A stretch of DNA of 64,000 nucleotides from an uncultured Candidatus Saccharibacteria bacterium (GCA_964434715.1 CAYSWC010000002.1:10609-74608); one strand, 5' to 3'. Positions 43,946 to 53,743 are shown, numbered from the stretch's first letter. Translations and numbers: made by a program. Notes: generated from the letters alone by a model not told the origin.

Positions 43946-44105
43946 TTTTTAGGACATCGGATTGACGGATGCCTCTCTTGCGCGCAAATTTCCTCCCCTC
44001 TGCCGCGAGGGTTTCGAAACGCTTAAGAGTGCCAATGATTCTGATTTTTGCCTTCAACTGCTCAACCTCGGTATTCAATTTCCTTATAAGAGTTTGGGTT
44101 GTCAT
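43938..44105 (-). CDS. putative antitoxin (55 aa), not in ORF track
   Basis: Hand-translated as MTTQTLIRKLNTEVEQLKAKIRIIGTLKRFETLAAEGRKFARKRGIRQSDVLKND. Its stop overlaps the PIN start by 8 nt. Confidence 0.45.
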   Translation of the reverse strand: MTTQTLIRKLNTEVEQLKAKIRIIGTLKRFETLAAEGRKFARKRGIRQSDVLKND

Positions 44106-44132
44106 ATTGATAGTATACCAAAGCGGGAGAAA

Positions 44133-45872
44133 TTATACAACTTCCGCTTGATAACACTGCTCGCAGTAAACAATTTCCGGCCGATCGGGAGCGTAGGACG
44201 ACTGCATAATTTTGCCGCATTTGGGGCACGTCCGATCGTGAAGTTTAAGTACAATTGAACCAAGTTTCTTTCTCATATTTAGAAGCCGCAGGCTGTAATG
44301 CTCGGTGGGGAGCGCAATATTGAACCGGTGATGAAATTCAAGTTCCTGCCTCGTATAACGGAATTTTTTGCTGTTCTTGGTGTCAAAAATGATTTTTTTT
44401 AGAATTTCGTCCGATACGTCCTTAACGTCTGGCGGCAGATCGTGCGCAACTATTAATTCTCCGTCCACTTGCTGTTCCCCTTCGCTAACATCATTCACCT
44501 GATAACCATACTTGCTCGCCACTGCCACATCGTCGTATCCCACATAGGAGGTAGCGTAAGTAAGATTATAAGGAAATGGAGACAAGTGCGGGGGGAAGAA
44601 TTCGCCGTATTCCCCCTTATCGAACATCGCAGTTTTTATTTCGTCTAACTTCTTCCAGTATTCATCTTCCGAATATTGAACGTTAAAAATACAAAACGAC
44701 TTGTTCTTTAATCCAATACAGGCAAAACAATCGTGGCAATTAATGCAGCCATCACAATATTCCACACTCCGGCACATATCGCAGCCAACTGAAAAAAGAA
44801 TACGGAAGTTCTGCACGCCGCCATAGGTATCGTAGCAAAGTTCGGAACCGACTCCACCGACAAGATCTAGGGCATCTTTTACCTCAGTACCTCCCAAAGC
44901 ATAGGCAATGTTCTCCCCGCCTCTCACGTAAAAACTGGCATAGCAGTTCTTGCAGTTCTTGAGATAATCGCCGAAAGAGTTGATACTACGCTCATTGTGC
45001 GTCTCCTTGTAAATTGCGGATTTTTTCATCTCGGCGAACCGTTCGGCCATTTCCCGGAGGACGTCACGGTTTCCCAAATCTATTCTTTTGAGTTCGGCCA
45101 GATACTGTTCCTTGGTAAGCGGTTTGTTGAAAAAGTAGTACTTTTTGTGACGCAGATTTACACAGCCAAAACAATTCTGACAGTTTCGGCAATCATAGAG
45201 AAAATATGAATCAAGACAATTCTTGGAATATTCCACAAAGAAACAGCGGTGAAGTTCCGAGCTCTCAAAGCCTCCGTAACATTCCTGCGCATTATAGAGG
45301 GTGAGGCCTTCGAGACAGTTCTGCGTATTCATAAAGACGATGCCGTAGGCACAATCCTCGGCTCCATATGAATCAAAGACAAGATAACAATTTTTGAGGC
45401 GCGAGGATGAATTGGTGTAGTCGCTGTTTACATTAGTTGGATCAACGGTTAAGTTTGGTCTCGGCACTGAAAGCTGAAAGGCGCGATATTGTTCCCAGAA
45501 TGGACGCGTCGTATCGTAGCTCACGCCGTAGGCAAAGGGATCCCAGCCCTCACCAAACCAAGCTTGATGCTCGTAGATTTTAAAGAGCGAACCCGGCGGA
45601 TATGCCGAGATGATGGATTTTTCTGTCAGCGCAGAAGTGCCGTGAAATAGATTATAGCTGTTGACGAAGGCAAGTTTACGGCGGATTCGCTCGTGCGCTG
45701 AAAGCGTCGGCAGCGGTACGCGAATCTTTTTATAAAACTCAATATCCTCGGGACGGACATAAAATTTTTCTCCGGAAAAACGGCAAGTTCGCCACTGACC
45801 ACCGTTTTCATCGAGTTCCAGCTTGGAAAAATATTCGTTAAGCGCCTGATCAAATCGTGGGGTTTTGAACAT
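44133..45872 (-). CDS. cysteine-rich protein, array paralog 2 (divergent subtype B, three ribbons degenerate)
   Basis: The core is collinear with the family (NCQNCFGCVNLRHKKYYFFNKPLTKEQY, GEYGEFFPPHLSPFPYN). The last ribbon is intact (CPKCGKIMQSSYAPDRPEIVYCEQCYQAEVV). The other ribbons lack their Cys ligands. Confidence 0.75.
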   Translation of the reverse strand: MFKTPRFDQALNEYFSKLELDENGGQWRTCRFSGEKFYVRPEDIEFYKKIRVPLPTLSAHERIRRKLAFVNSYNLFHGTSALTEKSIISAYPPGSLFKIYEHQAWFGEGWDPFAYGVSYDTTRPFWEQYRAFQLSVPRPNLTVDPTNVNSDYTNSSSRLKNCYLVFDSYGAEDCAYGIVFMNTQNCLEGLTLYNAQECYGGFESSELHRCFFVEYSKNCLDSYFLYDCRNCQNCFGCVNLRHKKYYFFNKPLTKEQYLAELKRIDLGNRDVLREMAERFAEMKKSAIYKETHNERSINSFGDYLKNCKNCYASFYVRGGENIAYALGGTEVKDALDLVGGVGSELCYDTYGGVQNFRILFSVGCDMCRSVEYCDGCINCHDCFACIGLKNKSFCIFNVQYSEDEYWKKLDEIKTAMFDKGEYGEFFPPHLSPFPYNLTYATSYVGYDDVAVASKYGYQVNDVSEGEQQVDGELIVAHDLPPDVKDVSDEILKKIIFDTKNSKKFRYTRQELEFHHRFNIALPTEHYSLRLLNMRKKLGSIVLKLHDRTCPKCGKIMQSSYAPDRPEIVYCEQCYQAEVV

Positions 45873-47133
45873 ATCTTTGTTCTTTCTCGCTTAAGAGAAG
45901 CGGAATTATTGCGGCCAGAACAAATAATGCCATGGTGGCTGCGGCTAGCCGATAATTAAGCGGCAACTGCTCACGGAAGAGAAAAACCACCGTTCCCCAA
46001 ACTAACGGGCCAACTATTGAAGCAAAACGCTCGGCAAAAACATAAAGGCCGAAAAAGGTGCCGCTTTTCTCTTTGGGTACAAGTGAGGCCAAATAGCTCC
46101 TGGAAGAGGCATAAGTGGTTCCCATAGTTAGGCCGAAGATGAGATAGATCGGTATCAAAAATTTGCTTGCGGTGGGCAAAAGCGCGATCGCCATGATGCT
46201 TAAAGTATTAAAGAGGAGCGACCAGATAAGGGTGGGTTTATGTTTCCAGCGGTCAGCGACTGTTCCTCCGACAAAGGCGCCAAGCGCGAATCCGGCAAAC
46301 ACATACATAAAGATGTTCGCCTTGAGTTCATCGGAAACTCCGAAGACCCGCTCGAGGTAAATGGCCGAGTAAAGCCCAATAGTTAAAATGGCATCACTGA
46401 AAAGATAAAAAGATAAGAGCAGTCGGAAAACGCCGGGATAACGTCGGCTCTCGAGTAAATTATGCCAGAATGATCCCCAAAAAGGCATCGGCGCCGCTCT
46501 GACGGCAACTGGGAAAGCCCTCCGTTTAAAAACGAAATAGCTCGGCAGAAAAAATAGCATGGCGGCCAGGAGCGCTGGCAAGAGGGTAGCCAGACGATCA
46601 TCGCCAAAAAAAGTGATAGTGCCGTTTATAACCGGCAAGGTGAGCAGTATGCCGGCAATATGACCAAGTTGGCTCATGCCGAAACCAATGCCCGAGACCT
46701 TGCCGTAGATTTCTTGATTGGAGATATATTTCATAAAAGCTCCGTAAGGCACGAGAGCCAGTTGATAGAAAAGCTGGTAGATACCAAAAAAGATAAGAGC
46801 GAGGACAACGCCGCTAGAGTTACCGACCAAGCGACCCGCCAAAACCACCAGTAGGAGGCTGATAAAGACCATTAGAGTTGAGCCGGCAAAAACTCGGAAA
46901 TGCTTGCCGGTTCGATCACCAAAATGACCGGCGTAAGGAGAAAGAAAAATAAGCAAGCTGGTGGCGATAACCACTGGCACCGAATACCAAAAATCGCTAA
47001 GACCGCGATCCACCACTACCCATTGGGAGAAATAGATGATCATATTGATGTAGAGGAACGAATTAGCGAAATCGTAGAGATACCAAGCGGTGAGCTCTTT
47101 AGTCCAGAGAGATTTTTTAAAAATGCCTAACAT
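45850..47133 (-). CDS. MFS transporter (UMF1/Atg22-like)
   Basis: About 12 TM helices with an MFS loop motif GHFGDRTGKH. The 3' end overlaps the paralog 2 start by 23 nt. Confidence 0.7.
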   Translation of the reverse strand: MLGIFKKSLWTKELTAWYLYDFANSFLYINMIIYFSQWVVVDRGLSDFWYSVPVVIATSLLIFLSPYAGHFGDRTGKHFRVFAGSTLMVFISLLLVVLAGRLVGNSSGVVLALIFFGIYQLFYQLALVPYGAFMKYISNQEIYGKVSGIGFGMSQLGHIAGILLTLPVINGTITFFGDDRLATLLPALLAAMLFFLPSYFVFKRRAFPVAVRAAPMPFWGSFWHNLLESRRYPGVFRLLLSFYLFSDAILTIGLYSAIYLERVFGVSDELKANIFMYVFAGFALGAFVGGTVADRWKHKPTLIWSLLFNTLSIMAIALLPTASKFLIPIYLIFGLTMGTTYASSRSYLASLVPKEKSGTFFGLYVFAERFASIVGPLVWGTVVFLFREQLPLNYRLAAATMALFVLAAIIPLLLSEKEQRYVQNPTI

Positions 47134-47139
47134 AGTGGT

Positions 47140-48873
47140 TTAGACAACTTCTTGAAGGTAACACTTTTTGCAAAGAATATAATCTACTTCTTCTTTATGG
47201 TGTGGTGAATCAAACTCCGTACCGCATTTATCACAAATTCTCTTTACTAAATTAAATTCTTTAACCCAGAAGTTCAACTTTTCACCGATGCGGCAGAAAG
47301 GACATTTACGGGGTAAAGGTAAATTCATTTTACGCAGGAAATCAATTTCGAACTTAGTAATTTTGAAACCTCTAGAACATGTAGAGCAACCGATTACCTC
47401 TTCTAATATGTTATCCTCCGCGTCTTTTATATGGTCAGGTAAATCTGCCGATTTTTTCGTAATAGTGTATTCCCTGATGTCTGGTTCAAGCCACCGATAA
47501 CCTTTAGCTGCAATTTCTTCCCGTGATAACGGGAAAAACTTTGCTGCAATCGTCTCATTATAGGCATGAGGGCTTAATTCAACCGGGAAAAATTCGCCGT
47601 AGCGGTAAACTCTCCCCTTATTATCGGTATAAGGCACTTCATTCATATGTTTTATGATTTTCCTTCTTAATTCCCAAAACTCATCCTCCTTATAGCGCTT
47701 GTTTAAAATGCAATATTTCCCTTTCTTCGCAGACACGCAACCGAATTGATGGCTTCCCCCGAATGAATCCTTACAATATTCGGCGTGGTAAAGATCAATG
47801 CCGGAATCATGACAAAATTTTATTTCCGAAGAATCGCCGCCGACAACCCCGGAATCATAAGATAAGGCCAAATTCTGTCCCCACCCGGATATGTCATAAC
47901 AATCTTTGGTCGTTGGGTCAATCATTATCAGCAAGTATTTGGAATTTTCCGCTCCCTGCACCTCAAAACATTCTTTACAGTTCTTAGACTGATAAATACG
48001 GTTGCCGGTTGAATTGGTCACAAAATTTTCAAACCGAGGCATGGGCGGAAATTTTTTCCAATGCTCTTCGGCGAGTTTTTTAACCTCCTGATAAATTTTA
48101 TAGGAGCCCAAATCCCATTTTTTAATTTCCTTAAAGTATTCTTCTTTTGTATACGGTTTATTGAAAATGTAGTACTTTTTATTGCGTAGGTTAGCCGAAC
48201 CAAAACAATTCTGGCAATTTACAGATTCTCTCATAAAATAGCAGTCAAGGGATTCAATAATATCTTTAGAACCAAAGCAACGATTGCTCTTATACGCGTG
48301 CGTGAGATCATAACAGAATTCGCAGATGGCAAGAAGCGAACAGTCCACTAAGTTCTTGTTCTGATATAAATAAAACCCGTGATAGCAGTCTTCGTTAAAA
48401 TCAGCCCAGAAAAGAAGATAGCAATTCTTGAGATGACCGACGTAGTTGTGGTAACTTATATTCTCTCCGGTAAAGAAATCTAGCGATAATCCCATAACCG
48501 GCGCCTGATGCAATAGTTCATTGAATTGTTCAAAAAATGAGCGTGAAAAGTCATAGTCGCGACCGTACTCAAACGGATCCCATTTATCCGACCACCAGCA
48601 TTTAAAGCAGTAAACTTTATAGGGAGCATCTGGCGGGTACATTGAAATATTCTCCTTGCCGCATAAATCGCATTTGCGTTTGTAAAGATTGATTAAATTA
48701 AACCAAGCGAGCCGCCTCTCTAGCCGGCAGTTCGGGCAAAACGTCGGCGGCGGGACTTTTCCGCCAGAGGCGGATCCGCCTTTGGCAGAGATTTTTTCGT
48801 AGAAATTAAAATCCTCCGGTTCGATTACGAATCGCTGCTTACAATTCTGACAAATTTTTGATTCCTGATTCAT
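47140..48873 (-). CDS. cysteine-rich four-zinc-ribbon protein, array paralog 3 (subtype A)
   Basis: From MNQESKICQNCKQRFVIEPEDFNFYEK to ...CDKCGTEFDSPHHKEEVDYILCKKCYLQEVV. Closest to paralog 5. Confidence 0.8.
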   Translation of the reverse strand: MNQESKICQNCKQRFVIEPEDFNFYEKISAKGGSASGGKVPPPTFCPNCRLERRLAWFNLINLYKRKCDLCGKENISMYPPDAPYKVYCFKCWWSDKWDPFEYGRDYDFSRSFFEQFNELLHQAPVMGLSLDFFTGENISYHNYVGHLKNCYLLFWADFNEDCYHGFYLYQNKNLVDCSLLAICEFCYDLTHAYKSNRCFGSKDIIESLDCYFMRESVNCQNCFGSANLRNKKYYIFNKPYTKEEYFKEIKKWDLGSYKIYQEVKKLAEEHWKKFPPMPRFENFVTNSTGNRIYQSKNCKECFEVQGAENSKYLLIMIDPTTKDCYDISGWGQNLALSYDSGVVGGDSSEIKFCHDSGIDLYHAEYCKDSFGGSHQFGCVSAKKGKYCILNKRYKEDEFWELRRKIIKHMNEVPYTDNKGRVYRYGEFFPVELSPHAYNETIAAKFFPLSREEIAAKGYRWLEPDIREYTITKKSADLPDHIKDAEDNILEEVIGCSTCSRGFKITKFEIDFLRKMNLPLPRKCPFCRIGEKLNFWVKEFNLVKRICDKCGTEFDSPHHKEEVDYILCKKCYLQEVV

Positions 48874-48999
48874 TGGTTTTTATCACCCTACGGGTGATCT
48901 CTCATGCCTTCGGCAGACCTCCCGAAGGGATTGGCCGCAGGGAGACAGTTTTGACAGGTTTTATTTTCACTAGTCATTATTTTGTCGAATATTATGAGC

Positions 49000-49036
49000 G
49001 CTATGAAAGTTCATAGCACTATGACGCGTCATAGTG
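49000..49036 (-). terminator. double hairpin downstream of paralog 4
   Basis: gctatgaa-ag-ttcatagc at 49000-49017 and the perfect 20-nt palindrome cactatgacgcgtcatagtg at 49017-49036. Confidence 0.4.
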
Positions 49037-49044
49037 CCTCGATG

Positions 49045-50817
49045 TTAAACTACTTCGGCGTTATAGCACTGCTCGCAATAGACGATTTCTTTGCGTTCGG
49101 GGGCATACGAGGTTTCAAATTCGTTTGGGCAGTGGTCGGTGCCGTGAAAATGCGAAGCGCTATTCTGATAAATGCTATTTTCTAACTTATTACCAGTGCA
49201 ACCACATTTTCTATGCCAAAGTTTGAGAGGATTTCGCTGCTTTAATCTTTGGTAATGCCGACAGTTAGGACATAATCGAGGAATAGGAATGCCGACTGTT
49301 CTTAAAAATTGAAGCTCCGCCGGTATAATTCTAAAGGCGGTGGTACACTGCTCATTGCACTTGCCTTCATGGGCACAACTAATAACCTCATTCAAAATAT
49401 TATCCTCAACATCATTGATATTTTGAGGTAGTTCGGAAAATGCTTTTGTTATTTTATAACTCTTCGTATCTGGCTCCCGCCATCTAAATCCTAGCTCTAC
49501 TGCTCTTTCTCTTGTAAGCGGAAAATGTTCTTGCGCAACAGTCTCGTTGTAAGCAAAGGGAGAAATTTCCGGAGGGAAAAATTCGCCGTAGTTATACGCA
49601 TGTCCCTTACCGTCGGTGTAAGTCACTCTCTTCATCTGATCTATAATTTTAGAAACAATCAATTTATACTCTTCTTTAGAATACTGTTTGTTCAAAATAC
49701 AGTATTCTTTCTTGCGCAGCCCAATGCAACCAAAAAGATAAGCTGAATTGTAACAATCGTCCGAATAAGATACATCGTGTGAGTAGTACACTCTAGTAAT
49801 GAACGCTACTCGGTTCAAAGCAAAAGCGCTAAGCGCTTCATAGACAAGTTGTGAGCCGACTCCTACGTGATCAAGGTCGTAGCCATCCTTTGAATCCTGA
49901 CCGCCGTAGAAAACGTAATGGAGGTTTTCGGCATCTTCAATTGAGAAACAGACTCGGCAATCCTTGCTATTTTCTATATCATCGCCGGTTGAATTAACAA
50001 CGTTCCTCATCCAGGCATACTTTCGAGGATACCTAAGCGCATGCTCATGAAATTTATCTCTAAACTTCTTAAAGTTATCGTATAATCCTAAATCCATATC
50101 TAATAGCGCTCTTTCGTAATCTTCTTTAGCATATTGTTTATTGAATATGCAGTAAGTTTTATTACGCAGGTTTACGCAACCGAAGCAGTGTTGGCAATTG
50201 CGACAGCCGATCAAAAACCATGAATCCAAACATTCCTCCGAATAAAGACTAAAATACACTCGGTTGCATTTTCTCAAATGAAGAGATTCGTAACACTGCT
50301 CGCTATTCCATAAAAAATCAGTATCAAAACAATCTTTTAGATAGATGCACTGGCTCGCATAGGCAACGTTCTCATAATGGTGACCGCCGAAAACTAGATA
50401 AGCATCTTTAAGATGAAGACCCCAGTTGGTATAATCGCTATTCACTGCAAAATCGAAATAAAGGGCTCTCCGGGGAACAGCACGAAACAGATCAGCAAAT
50501 TGTGCAAAGAAAGGCTTAGAAAAGTCATGGTTTTGAGCGTAGCTTAATGGATCCCATTTATTAGACTGGTAACACTCGGTGCAATGCACTGTAAACGGGC
50601 TATTCGGGGCGTACATCGTGATGATGTTTTTGCGACACAACGCGCAGGTTCCTTTATAGAGCGCTCGCTCATTTCGGAAAACCATGCGGCGAATCATCCG
50701 ACACTCCGGACACCAAGTCGGCGGCGGGACTTTAATTTTTTCGTAGAAAGTAAAGTCTTCGGGTTCAATCGTGAACTGAACCTTACAATTCTGACAAATT
50801 TTTATTTCTTGACTCAT
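49045..50817 (-). CDS. cysteine-rich four-zinc-ribbon protein, array paralog 4 (subtype B)
   Basis: From MSQEIKICQNCKVQFTIEPEDFTFYEKIKVPPPTWCPECR to ...HCPNEFETSYAPERKEIVYCEQCYNAEVV. Confidence 0.8.
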   Translation of the reverse strand: MSQEIKICQNCKVQFTIEPEDFTFYEKIKVPPPTWCPECRMIRRMVFRNERALYKGTCALCRKNIITMYAPNSPFTVHCTECYQSNKWDPLSYAQNHDFSKPFFAQFADLFRAVPRRALYFDFAVNSDYTNWGLHLKDAYLVFGGHHYENVAYASQCIYLKDCFDTDFLWNSEQCYESLHLRKCNRVYFSLYSEECLDSWFLIGCRNCQHCFGCVNLRNKTYCIFNKQYAKEDYERALLDMDLGLYDNFKKFRDKFHEHALRYPRKYAWMRNVVNSTGDDIENSKDCRVCFSIEDAENLHYVFYGGQDSKDGYDLDHVGVGSQLVYEALSAFALNRVAFITRVYYSHDVSYSDDCYNSAYLFGCIGLRKKEYCILNKQYSKEEYKLIVSKIIDQMKRVTYTDGKGHAYNYGEFFPPEISPFAYNETVAQEHFPLTRERAVELGFRWREPDTKSYKITKAFSELPQNINDVEDNILNEVISCAHEGKCNEQCTTAFRIIPAELQFLRTVGIPIPRLCPNCRHYQRLKQRNPLKLWHRKCGCTGNKLENSIYQNSASHFHGTDHCPNEFETSYAPERKEIVYCEQCYNAEVV

Positions 50818-50832
50818 GAATTTTTGTCCCCC

Positions 50833-51435
50833 TTATATCGGGGTTTTCCCGCGCTTTATTGCGAACTCGTTTTGAGGATACATTACGCCTCTACGGATAA
50901 AAAATGCTCCCGCGATAGCGTGAACCAAGGCATTTAAGAATACATCTTGCCACAGAAAGAAAAGCGCCAGCGAAATAAATCCCCACAACAAGGTAACCGG
51001 AATTTTCACCTGCCAGTATTTTGGCTGGAAAAGGTGACTCAAGGAATAAGGCGGAACCACGAGTATCACGATAAAAAAGAACGAAAGTGGACCATAAAGG
51101 TAGTAAGCAATCGAAGTCATGGTGAGCTGTTGAATCAGTGCCGAAAATGTATAGAAAAGTCCGAAACGGCCAAGTATGACAAAAATAGCAACGGCTACCC
51201 CAATAAAAGAAAATATCGAAGCAAGGCGGAAATTCCACGGGAAGGAACGTTCTACGGCGTAAAGCAGATACTGGCTAAGAACGATTGAGACAAGAAGACC
51301 GATATGGACAACAGCTCCGCGGAAGAGTGTACCGGCACGGTACTCTGGGAAAAAACGAATCACCGCAACCACTAATAGGATAGGGAGTATATAAGCGAAG
51401 AGCCAACCGCCGAGCGTAGGGAAAATCATATCCAA
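50833..51435 (-). CDS. polytopic membrane protein (unassigned)
   Basis: 200 aa with about six hydrophobic helices. Sits 15 nt upstream of paralog 4. Confidence 0.5.
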   Translation of the reverse strand: MDMIFPTLGGWLFAYILPILLVVAVIRFFPEYRAGTLFRGAVVHIGLLVSIVLSQYLLYAVERSFPWNFRLASIFSFIGVAVAIFVILGRFGLFYTFSALIQQLTMTSIAYYLYGPLSFFFIVILVVPPYSLSHLFQPKYWQVKIPVTLLWGFISLALFFLWQDVFLNALVHAIAGAFFIRRGVMYPQNEFAIKRGKTPI

Positions 51436-51496
51436 TCTTTATTCTACCAAATATCTCACATAGAAAAAACCGGCTGTTTGGCAACAACCGGCGTAT

Positions 51497-51853
51497 TCAA
51501 GAAAAAAATCTGAAAAGCCATAGAACTGCTGAAATGATAAACATTAGCAGCAAAGTTTTGCTAACGGCTCCGCGGGGAATCTTGATTCCGAAGTATTGCT
51601 CTAGATTGCGGCGGATGAACGAATCCCTGACTGCCTCTCCGCTATTGCACTTTTTAAGGAGCACATCCTCTACCATAGTAAGCGGACAACGCTTCCACCA
51701 AGCCAGAAAAGCAAGAGTAAGAGCGAGCAAGATTGTCTCAATTGCGCCGTAAAACAGAGACGCCCACTGGATAATGAAACCTACGAGCAGTGCAGCTATC
51801 CACAACCAGTGAATCCAGAAAACGGTGCGCGCCATCAGCCAGTACCTATCCAC
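51497..51853 (-). CDS. small membrane protein, DUF2784-like
   Basis: GTG start preceded by a strong SD (aagggaggg). WKRCPLTMVED motif and three TM helices. Confidence 0.5.
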   Translation of the reverse strand: MDRYWLMARTVFWIHWLWIAALLVGFIIQWASLFYGAIETILLALTLAFLAWWKRCPLTMVEDVLLKKCNSGEAVRDSFIRRNLEQYFGIKIPRGAVSKTLLLMFIISAVLWLFRFFS

Positions 51854-51915
51854 TGATCCCTCCCTTTTTTAGATTTCTAGGTTCTAAGATGGGATTATAA
51901 GGTATCCAGGCGTAG

Positions 51916-51966
51916 TTAGTCAAAAATCGTTTGGCAGTTTTGACAGATTCTGGTTTCGCTATTCAT
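51916..51966 (-). pseudogene. 16-codon relic of the 5' end of a seventh array paralog
   Basis: Reads MNSETRICQNCQTIFD then stop, homologous to the MNPETKTCQNCKNQF starts. It is preceded by the same 40-nt hairpin element that precedes paralog 5. Confidence 0.65.
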
Positions 51967-51970
51967 AATT

Positions 51971-52010
51971 CATAAATCTTATTCTAATGTTCTTAAGAAC
52001 ATTAGAATGA
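51971..52010 (-). repeat. array-associated 40-nt hairpin element, copy 2
   Basis: cataaatcttattctaatgttcttaagaacattagaatgat, with a 12-bp stem attctaatgttc/gaacattagaat. Lies 2 nt after the paralog 5 stop. Confidence 0.8.
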
Positions 52011-52012
52011 TC

Positions 52013-53743
52013 TTAAACTACTTCTTTAAGGTAACACTCCTTGCATAATATTTTCGGGACTTCGGATTCGGTGTAGCTGGTTTCAAATTCAGCGCCGCAT
52101 TGATAACAAGTGCGCTTGACCACGCTTAAATTTTTTACCCAGAGAGAAAATTTATCGTTGATGCGGCAAAAAGGACAGCGTCTAGGGAGGGGCAAATTCA
52201 GATGACGGAGGAAATTCAGCTCCTGATGAATAATCTTAAAGCCCCTCGGGCAGGTGGTGCATCCGATTACTTCTCCCAAGATGGTGTCGGGCGCGTCCTT
52301 AATATGATCCGGCAAATCCTCGGGCTTCTTGGTAATGGTATAGGTGCGTAAGTCAGGCTCGCGCCACCGGTAACCATTTTTTAGAGTTTCCTCCTTGGTC
52401 ATCGGGAAAAAATTATTAGCCAAGGTTTCATTATAAGCATGCGGGCTTAAATCCGGCGGGAAAAATTCTCCGTATTGATAAACAATTTTTCTGGTTTCCC
52501 GCTTCTCGCTTCCGACTTCTGAAATGTAAGGCATATCATTCATATGCTTGACGATTCGTTCGCGGAGCTCATTAAATTCCTGCTCTGTATAGCGTTTATT
52601 GAAAATAGCATAATCGCCTTTTTTCATACTAACACAGCCAAAGAGGTTGGAACCGCCGGTAGCGGCTTTTGAGTATTCGGCGTTATAGAGATTAAGTCCT
52701 GATTCCTGACAAAACCGCAAATTGGCGGCGGCTTCGCCGGAAACACAGCATTCGTAGAGTAAATTCACATTGTTGCCCCAGCTGGTGTAATCCCAGCAAT
52801 CTTTGATGGGCGGCAGATAGGTCATGAGCAGAAACTTTGAATCTTCAGCGCCAATCACTTCAAAACACTGTTTACAGTTTTTGGCTTGGAAAACATAGTT
52901 GCCGGTGCTCCTCGCCGACATTTCGTCAAATCGGGGTTTGGGAGTAAATTTTTTCCAGTGCTCTTCGGCGAGCTTTTTAACTTCTTGATAAGTTCGGTAC
53001 GAACCCAAATCCCATTTTTTAATTTCTTTAAAGTATTCTTCCTTGGTATAGGGTTTGTTAAAAATATGATATTTCTTGTTGCGCAAATTAGCCGAAGCAA
53101 AGCAATTCTGACAATTGGCGCAGTCTTTTAAAAAGTAGCAATCAATGGATTCGGTCACCTGACTCCTAAGGCCCACTCCCCGGCTGACTTTATAAACATT
53201 CATACAGTCATAGAGGAGCTCGTTGGAGGCGGCGAGCGATGAATCCATAACCGATTTATTCTGGATCAGATAAAAACCGTAAGCGCAGTCTTCGTTAAAA
53301 TCAGCAAAGAATAAAAGATAAGAGTTTTTAAGATGGCCGGCGTGGTGGTTATAGGGCGAGTGCCTCGCCGTATCTAAATCAATGGAGAGCCCGAGCAGCG
53401 GCGCCGTATGCAGGAGTTCATTAAATTGTTCAAAAAAGGGGCGGGAAAAATCATAATCACGGCCGAAACTAAACGGATCCCAGCCGTCACCCCACCAGCA
53501 CTGGGGACAATAGACATTATAAGGAGCTTCCGGCGGATAAAAAGAGACTTTCTCCTCGCCGCAAAGGCCGCATTTGCGCTTGTAAAGATAGTGGATATTG
53601 AAAAAAGTGAGGCGTCTTTGAAGACGGCATCGCGGACAAAAAGTCGGAGGTGGGACTTTGATTTTTTCGTAAAAGTTGAAATCTTCCGGTTCAATTACGA
53701 ACTGATTTTTGCAATTCTGACAAGTTTTTGTTTCTGGATTCAT
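52013..53743 (-). CDS. cysteine-rich four-zinc-ribbon protein, array paralog 5 (subtype A)
   Basis: From MNPETKTCQNCKNQFVIEPEDFNFYEKIKVPPPTFCPRCR to ...CYQCGAEFETSYTESEVPKILCKECYLKEVV. Confidence 0.8.
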   Translation of the reverse strand: MNPETKTCQNCKNQFVIEPEDFNFYEKIKVPPPTFCPRCRLQRRLTFFNIHYLYKRKCGLCGEEKVSFYPPEAPYNVYCPQCWWGDGWDPFSFGRDYDFSRPFFEQFNELLHTAPLLGLSIDLDTARHSPYNHHAGHLKNSYLLFFADFNEDCAYGFYLIQNKSVMDSSLAASNELLYDCMNVYKVSRGVGLRSQVTESIDCYFLKDCANCQNCFASANLRNKKYHIFNKPYTKEEYFKEIKKWDLGSYRTYQEVKKLAEEHWKKFTPKPRFDEMSARSTGNYVFQAKNCKQCFEVIGAEDSKFLLMTYLPPIKDCWDYTSWGNNVNLLYECCVSGEAAANLRFCQESGLNLYNAEYSKAATGGSNLFGCVSMKKGDYAIFNKRYTEQEFNELRERIVKHMNDMPYISEVGSEKRETRKIVYQYGEFFPPDLSPHAYNETLANNFFPMTKEETLKNGYRWREPDLRTYTITKKPEDLPDHIKDAPDTILGEVIGCTTCPRGFKIIHQELNFLRHLNLPLPRRCPFCRINDKFSLWVKNLSVVKRTCYQCGAEFETSYTESEVPKILCKECYLKEVV

